From Vulcanimicrobiota bacterium (GTDB lineage: Bacteria; Vulcanimicrobiota; Vulcanimicrobiia; Vulcanimicrobiales; Vulcanimicrobiaceae): a DNA stretch of 64,000 nucleotides. Location of the stretch: the NCBI GenBank assembly GCA_963820825.1, contig CAWGBN010000007.1:32001-96000 (forward strand), given 5' to 3'. Each line of letters starts with the position of its first letter. Position 1 is the stretch's first letter. The position numbers and the translations under genes were made by a program. Positions 59,729-64,000 of the stretch are shown piece by piece. The notes under the pieces are model-generated. The model was not told where the DNA came from, did no database searches, and was given only the letters and a program-made list of their open reading frames with translations.

Positions 59729-60996
59729 GGGTAGAGGCCGCGGAGCTTCGTCGCCTCGGCGACTCGCGCTACCGCGACGCAGTACGCTCCTTTGCGCATC
59801 GAAACGTTGTGTCGTTTCGCCTGCTCGTAGGTCTCCCGGAAGGCCCGCGTCATCTTGCGTTTCAGGCGTTCGTTGATCTCGTCTTCCTCCCAGAAGTTCG
59901 CCTGAAGGTCTTGCACCCACTCGAAGTACGAGACGGTGACGCCGCCGGCGTTTGCCAGAATATCCGGCAAGACCATGATGCCGCGGTCGAAGAGAATCTC
60001 GTCGGCATCGGGCAGCGTCGGCCCGTTGGCGGCCTCGGCGACGATCTTCGCCTTGATGCGCGGCGCGTTTTCGCGGGTAATCACCTTCTCGAGCGCGGCC
60101 GGCACGAGCACGTCGCAATCGTACTCGAGCACTTCCTTATTATCGGTGCGCTCGCCGCCGGTAAAGCCGACGACCGAGCCCGTCTCGAACTTGTGCGCGA
60201 TCAGACCTTTGACGTCGAGCCCGCGATCGTTCGCGACGCCGCCGTGCGAGTCGGAGGCGGCAACGACCGTGTACCCGTGCTCGCTCATGAGCTGTGCGGC
60301 ATACATCCCGGCGTTGCCGAAGCCTTGGATCGCGACGCGCGCCCCTTCGATCGTCATGCCGTGCGCCTCCATCGCTTCGTCGACGGTGTACATGCAGCCG
60401 CGCGCGGTCGCCTTGTCTCGTCCGAGCGATCCGCCGATTGCGACCGGCTTTCCGGTGACCACGCCCGGAATCGAGTAGCCGTGCTCCATCGAAAACGTAT
60501 CCATGATCCACGCCATGATCTGCGGCGTCGTGTAGACGTCGGGTGCGGGGATGTCTTTCTCCGGGCCGATGATGATCGAGATCTCGCTGGTAAACCGGCG
60601 CGTCAGGTTCTCGAGCTCCTGCAGCGACATCTCCTTGGGATTGCAGATCACGCCGCCTTTTGCGCCGCCGAACGGAATATTGACCAGCGCGCACTTCCAC
60701 GTCATCCACATGGCGAGCGCTTTGATCTCATCGAGCGTCACGTCGGGATGGTATCGAATCCCGCCCTTGCCCGGTCCGCGCGAGAGGTTGTGCTGCACGC
60801 GGTATCCGGTAAACATCCGGAATGCGCCGTTGTCCATCCGGGCGGGAACCGAGACTTCGAGAACGCGCTTGGGGTGGCGAAGATAGCCGTGGAGCGATTC
60901 GTTGAGGCCGATCAGCAGCCCGACTTCGTCGAGCTGCTGCTGCGCCATCTCCCAAACGTTATCGCGAGCCTGAACGGCGGAGACGTCTTGAGCCAT
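59725..60996 (-). CDS. Glu/Leu/Phe/Val (glutamate) dehydrogenase
   Basis: KGGIRYHP, GGAKGG, DIPAPD, QGFGNAG, NAGGVTVSYFEW. Confidence 0.96.
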   Translation of the reverse strand: MAQDVSAVQARDNVWEMAQQQLDEVGLLIGLNESLHGYLRHPKRVLEVSVPARMDNGAFRMFTGYRVQHNLSRGPGKGGIRYHPDVTLDEIKALAMWMTWKCALVNIPFGGAKGGVICNPKEMSLQELENLTRRFTSEISIIIGPEKDIPAPDVYTTPQIMAWIMDTFSMEHGYSIPGVVTGKPVAIGGSLGRDKATARGCMYTVDEAMEAHGMTIEGARVAIQGFGNAGMYAAQLMSEHGYTVVAASDSHGGVANDRGLDVKGLIAHKFETGSVVGFTGGERTDNKEVLEYDCDVLVPAALEKVITRENAPRIKAKIVAEAANGPTLPDADEILFDRGIMVLPDILANAGGVTVSYFEWVQDLQANFWEEDEINERLKRKMTRAFRETYEQAKRHNVSMRKGAYCVAVARVAEATKLRGLYP

Positions 60997-61011
60997 TTCG
61001 ACCTTTCGAGT

Positions 61012-61593
61012 TCACTGGTGCGGCTGACCGTACATCGTGGCTTTGTACGCCGGCAGATGCGGGTTCTTCCAATGGCTTCCATCCTCGAAGGTAATCTTCA
61101 AGGGGACGCACTTCGCGTAGCTCGTCTGCAGCGGAAAGACGTTCGGGCTTAAACCGAATTTGTGCTTGATCTCGGCACCCGGCGAGAAGGTTCCGACGTC
61201 TTTGACCTCGGCAACGAGCGCACCGCGAACGAGGAGACCGAACTCGATCTGCTTCATCACCACGTTCGTGACGTTCTTGTAATCGATGCCGAGCGTCGGA
61301 TCGTTCTCTACCGGCGCTTGGTAGTACGTCGGGCCGTAGACCGACGGATATCCCCAATAGCCGCGATAGAAGCCGCCGTAGGCGGGACCCGGCCAGTAGG
61401 CGGGCGTGTATCCTGCCCAGTTGTAGCTGACGTTGCGCTCCGGATTGCAAGCACTGACCGCGATCGGGTGGGGCGTGGTTACGTGCGCGGCCTCTGCCAT
61501 CGCGACGTTCGACGACTGTGCCGCGCTCACCGCGGGAAGGGCGGCGGCTACGCAGAGCGCTGCAACGCCGAGAGAAAGACGAGCCGAGTTCAT
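61012..61593 (-). CDS. Secreted hypothetical protein
   Basis: SD AAGGAG, signal peptide, DVGTFSPGAEIKH, ITFEDGSHW. Confidence 0.75.
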   Translation of the reverse strand: MNSARLSLGVAALCVAAALPAVSAAQSSNVAMAEAAHVTTPHPIAVSACNPERNVSYNWAGYTPAYWPGPAYGGFYRGYWGYPSVYGPTYYQAPVENDPTLGIDYKNVTNVVMKQIEFGLLVRGALVAEVKDVGTFSPGAEIKHKFGLSPNVFPLQTSYAKCVPLKITFEDGSHWKNPHLPAYKATMYGQPHQ

Positions 61594-61654
61594 CGAGCTG
61601 ATACTCCTTATAGGTCGGATCCGTGAAAAGTGTTAAGGACAAGGTTCTGCAAGC

Positions 61655-61681
61655 AAAAGGGCGGCGCCTTGGCGCCGCCCT
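61655..61681 (-). terminator. Intrinsic terminator
   Basis: AGGGCGGCGCC-TT-GGCGCCGCCCT followed by TTTT on the minus strand. Confidence 0.75.
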
Positions 61682-61709
61682 CGCTCCTACTCCGTAACCG
61701 AGCGTGCGG

Positions 61710-63989
61710 CTACTGCGGAGGGCGTCCGCCCCCGCCGCCGTGGCGTCCGCCGCCACCACCGCCGCCGCCGCCGGAAGAACGCGGGGCCGAGTAGTTGCCG
61801 CCGTGCGAGTACGACCCCGCCGATCCCCGTGAGTACGACGGATAGCTTCCGCGCGACGACGGATAGCTGCCACGCGAGTATGACGGATACGAACTGCGTC
61901 CGTACGACTGATCGGATCCTCGTGAGTACGAGGGATACGAGGTGCGTCCGTACGACTGATCGGATCCTCGCGCGTACGACGGATACGAGGTGCGTCCGTA
62001 CGAGGGCGTGTCGTTTCGCGAAGACGATCCGTATGGATTGCGCTGATACGAATTTCGCTCGTAGCCGCTGCGATCCGAAGCAGACGCGCCGCGATTATAG
62101 GAGGCCGTGGAAACGTTTCCACGCTGGTTCGAGAACCGGCTCCACGAATCGGATGGTGTGCCTCTCTCACGCGGCGCTTCAACCGAATCGCTTCGTCCGT
62201 TGCGCGTGCCGACGTTCCCCCGAGTCTCGTCGCCGCGCGCCTGGCTACCCCGATCCTCGTTGAACCGCGTCCAGGAACTCGACGGCGCGTTGTCGCGATT
62301 GCCGTTGAGCGTGCCACGGTCTGCCGATCCGCCGAACGCGTTCCCACGATTGGGCGCGTTCTCATGCGCCACGGGTGCGTTCGCTCGCATTACCGGCGCG
62401 TTCTGATGCGATAGCGGTGCGTTGGCCCGGCTCGGATTTCCTTGGATTTCGTGCGCGACTGCGCGTTGCTGCGCGTCGAACTGCATCCGGCCGGCGAGCG
62501 CGTGGTTCGCCGCAGCGAAGCGCGGTGAGTCGAAGTTGTGCGAGAGCGAGACCGGCGCGCTGATCGAGCGACCGCCGAATCCGAGACTCTCTCGCGTCGG
62601 CGAGATCGGCGCGCCGCCGTGAATCGTGCCGACGTGTCCCGTGATGTTATGCTGGTTCACCGTGAAGGTGTGGCCGTAGATCGTTCCGCCGCGGAAGTGG
62701 CCGACCGCAACGCCGTGCACGCCGCCGTGCGGAAAGTACCGGTAGATGTTGGTGATGTGGGTGACGTTGACCACGTTACGCCCCCAACCGCCGCAGCAAC
62801 CCCAGCCGCCCCAGCCCCAGCCGTAGCCGGTCCAGGCCCAACCCGGATACCACGGATAGTACGGAGCGTACGGCGCAAGCGGATACCAACCGACGTACGG
62901 GTAGCCGAAGCCGCCATAACCGCCATAACCGCCGTAACCGCCGTAACCACCGGAGCCGAAGCCGAGCGAGACGCCCCACCCCGCTCCGCCAACGCCGACG
63001 CCGAAGCCGAAGAATCCAACGAGCGCCGGCGACCAGGCCGGATAAGACGAGTAGGCCGGCGGAGACCACGCCCAGCCGTAGTTATTTGCGTAGTACCAGC
63101 GCCCGTAATGATAGGGCGCCCAGCCCCACGGCTCATTCGCAACCCACGTCCAGCCGTAGCCGTCTTCCCAGGTCCACGATCCGTTGCCGTACGGCGACCA
63201 ATTCGCCGTTTGATCAGGCACCCAGGACTGCCCGTATCCGGGCACGTTCTGCCATTGTCCGTATGCGCCGAGATTATCGTAGCCGGCGATATCCGGATTG
63301 ACGTTCGGGCTTGCGTTCAGAGCTGCGACCATCGTCTGATCGCGCTTGGCGTTGAAATCGTCGAACGTATCGTAGCCGACCTCCGTCGTATACGTGATCG
63401 ATGGATTCGACGCGGAGCCGCGGGCGACGAGCGTGCGTCCCGAGTCGAGCGTGTAGGTCTGTTGCGGCGTGACGATCTCCGCCGTTCCCCGGCGCACCGT
63501 TGCCCAGGTCGAGCCGTCCTTGCCGATCGAAACGCGGTAGTCGCCGGCCTCGTGCGCGCGCACCGTCACCGACGGCGTGTCGATCTGCACCGGCTGACCG
63601 CCGTGCACGACGCCCAGCTCGACCGTCCCGTCGGCAAGTTGGAGCTGCCGGTTATTCGGATCGTCGCTGGTGATCCGTGCCTGAACGTTGCCGCCCAGCC
63701 GAACCGCCGTCGACCCGTCGAACTGCAGCTCGCCGCGCGAGCTCGCTCCGGTCGAGACGTAATCGCCGGGAAGCAGCGGAGCGTTCACCACGGCGGCGAC
63801 CTGTTTGTTGCTGTCGCCGCGCTGAACCACCACCGAGCCTTGGACGATGCTGACCCGGGTAACGCCAGGCCCGTTCTTGTCGGGCGCCTGTTCGGCCGAA
63901 GCCGGAACCGCGCTGAAAAGGGTCGTCCCGAGCAGGGCGACCCCGGAAACCAGGCTGATGAGCCGTTTGCTAGTCATTGGTAATTGCAT
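61710..63989 (-). CDS. Secreted FecR + DUF6600-like protein with low-complexity tail
   Basis: Signal peptide; NAPLLPGD..RGELQFDG; WSPYGNGSW, WGWAPYHYGRW, WSPALV. Confidence 0.85.
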   Translation of the reverse strand: MQLPMTSKRLISLVSGVALLGTTLFSAVPASAEQAPDKNGPGVTRVSIVQGSVVVQRGDSNKQVAAVVNAPLLPGDYVSTGASSRGELQFDGSTAVRLGGNVQARITSDDPNNRQLQLADGTVELGVVHGGQPVQIDTPSVTVRAHEAGDYRVSIGKDGSTWATVRRGTAEIVTPQQTYTLDSGRTLVARGSASNPSITYTTEVGYDTFDDFNAKRDQTMVAALNASPNVNPDIAGYDNLGAYGQWQNVPGYGQSWVPDQTANWSPYGNGSWTWEDGYGWTWVANEPWGWAPYHYGRWYYANNYGWAWSPPAYSSYPAWSPALVGFFGFGVGVGGAGWGVSLGFGSGGYGGYGGYGGYGGFGYPYVGWYPLAPYAPYYPWYPGWAWTGYGWGWGGWGCCGGWGRNVVNVTHITNIYRYFPHGGVHGVAVGHFRGGTIYGHTFTVNQHNITGHVGTIHGGAPISPTRESLGFGGRSISAPVSLSHNFDSPRFAAANHALAGRMQFDAQQRAVAHEIQGNPSRANAPLSHQNAPVMRANAPVAHENAPNRGNAFGGSADRGTLNGNRDNAPSSSWTRFNEDRGSQARGDETRGNVGTRNGRSDSVEAPRERGTPSDSWSRFSNQRGNVSTASYNRGASASDRSGYERNSYQRNPYGSSSRNDTPSYGRTSYPSYARGSDQSYGRTSYPSYSRGSDQSYGRSSYPSYSRGSYPSSRGSYPSYSRGSAGSYSHGGNYSAPRSSGGGGGGGGGRHGGGGGRPPQ
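61873..62003. repeat. Coding tandem repeat, 48-bp period (16 aa, about SYGRTSYPSYSRGSDQ)
   Basis: GGATACGA recurs at 61885, 61933 and 61981. Confidence 0.85.
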
Positions 63990-64000
63990 ATTCCCCTCAG

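Noticed and set aside
61873..62003. 48-bp repeats as a CRISPR array
   Set aside because: In-frame coding tandem repeats without unique spacers.

Overview
A GC-rich bacterial chromosomal window with no phage, integrase, transposase or CRISPR array. The gene style (many 'xxAxC' lipoproteins with beta-propeller or phosphoesterase domains, a MalT-like LuxR regulator, a Firmicute/Actinobacteria-type LexA box, hpnJ, outer-membrane-type proteins) suggests Eremiobacterota/Vulcanimicrobiota, which is inference only. Housekeeping genes: rpoC (with no rpoB upstream), tsaD, purA, ftsY-recA-recX, a Glu/Leu/Phe/Val dehydrogenase, cfa, hpnJ and tRNA-Arg(TCG). There is a general-stress/partner-switching cluster at 13.5-20.3 kb with repeated GGG(T/A)A motifs 10-11 nt before start codons. 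Most interesting: (1) an apparently autoregulated operon with a near-consensus promoter between two palindromic operators, then an unannotated 41-aa ORF, BlaI, an M56 peptidase fused to CxxC-capped pentapeptide repeats, a secreted pentapeptide protein, a CBM9/DUF5916-like protein and an S9 peptidase; (2) an unannotated 20-aa hydrophobic peptide with a strong RBS behind a MalT-type ATPase-TPR-LuxR regulator; (3) rpoC bracketed by oppositely oriented copies of a dispersed repeat; (4) a LexA-box promoter in front of ftsY-recA-recX; (5) a coupled pair of apparently degenerate enzymes (PD-(D/E)XK-like plus HPRT-like); (6) a relic islet at tRNA-Arg. All calls come from reading motifs by eye; no searches were run.
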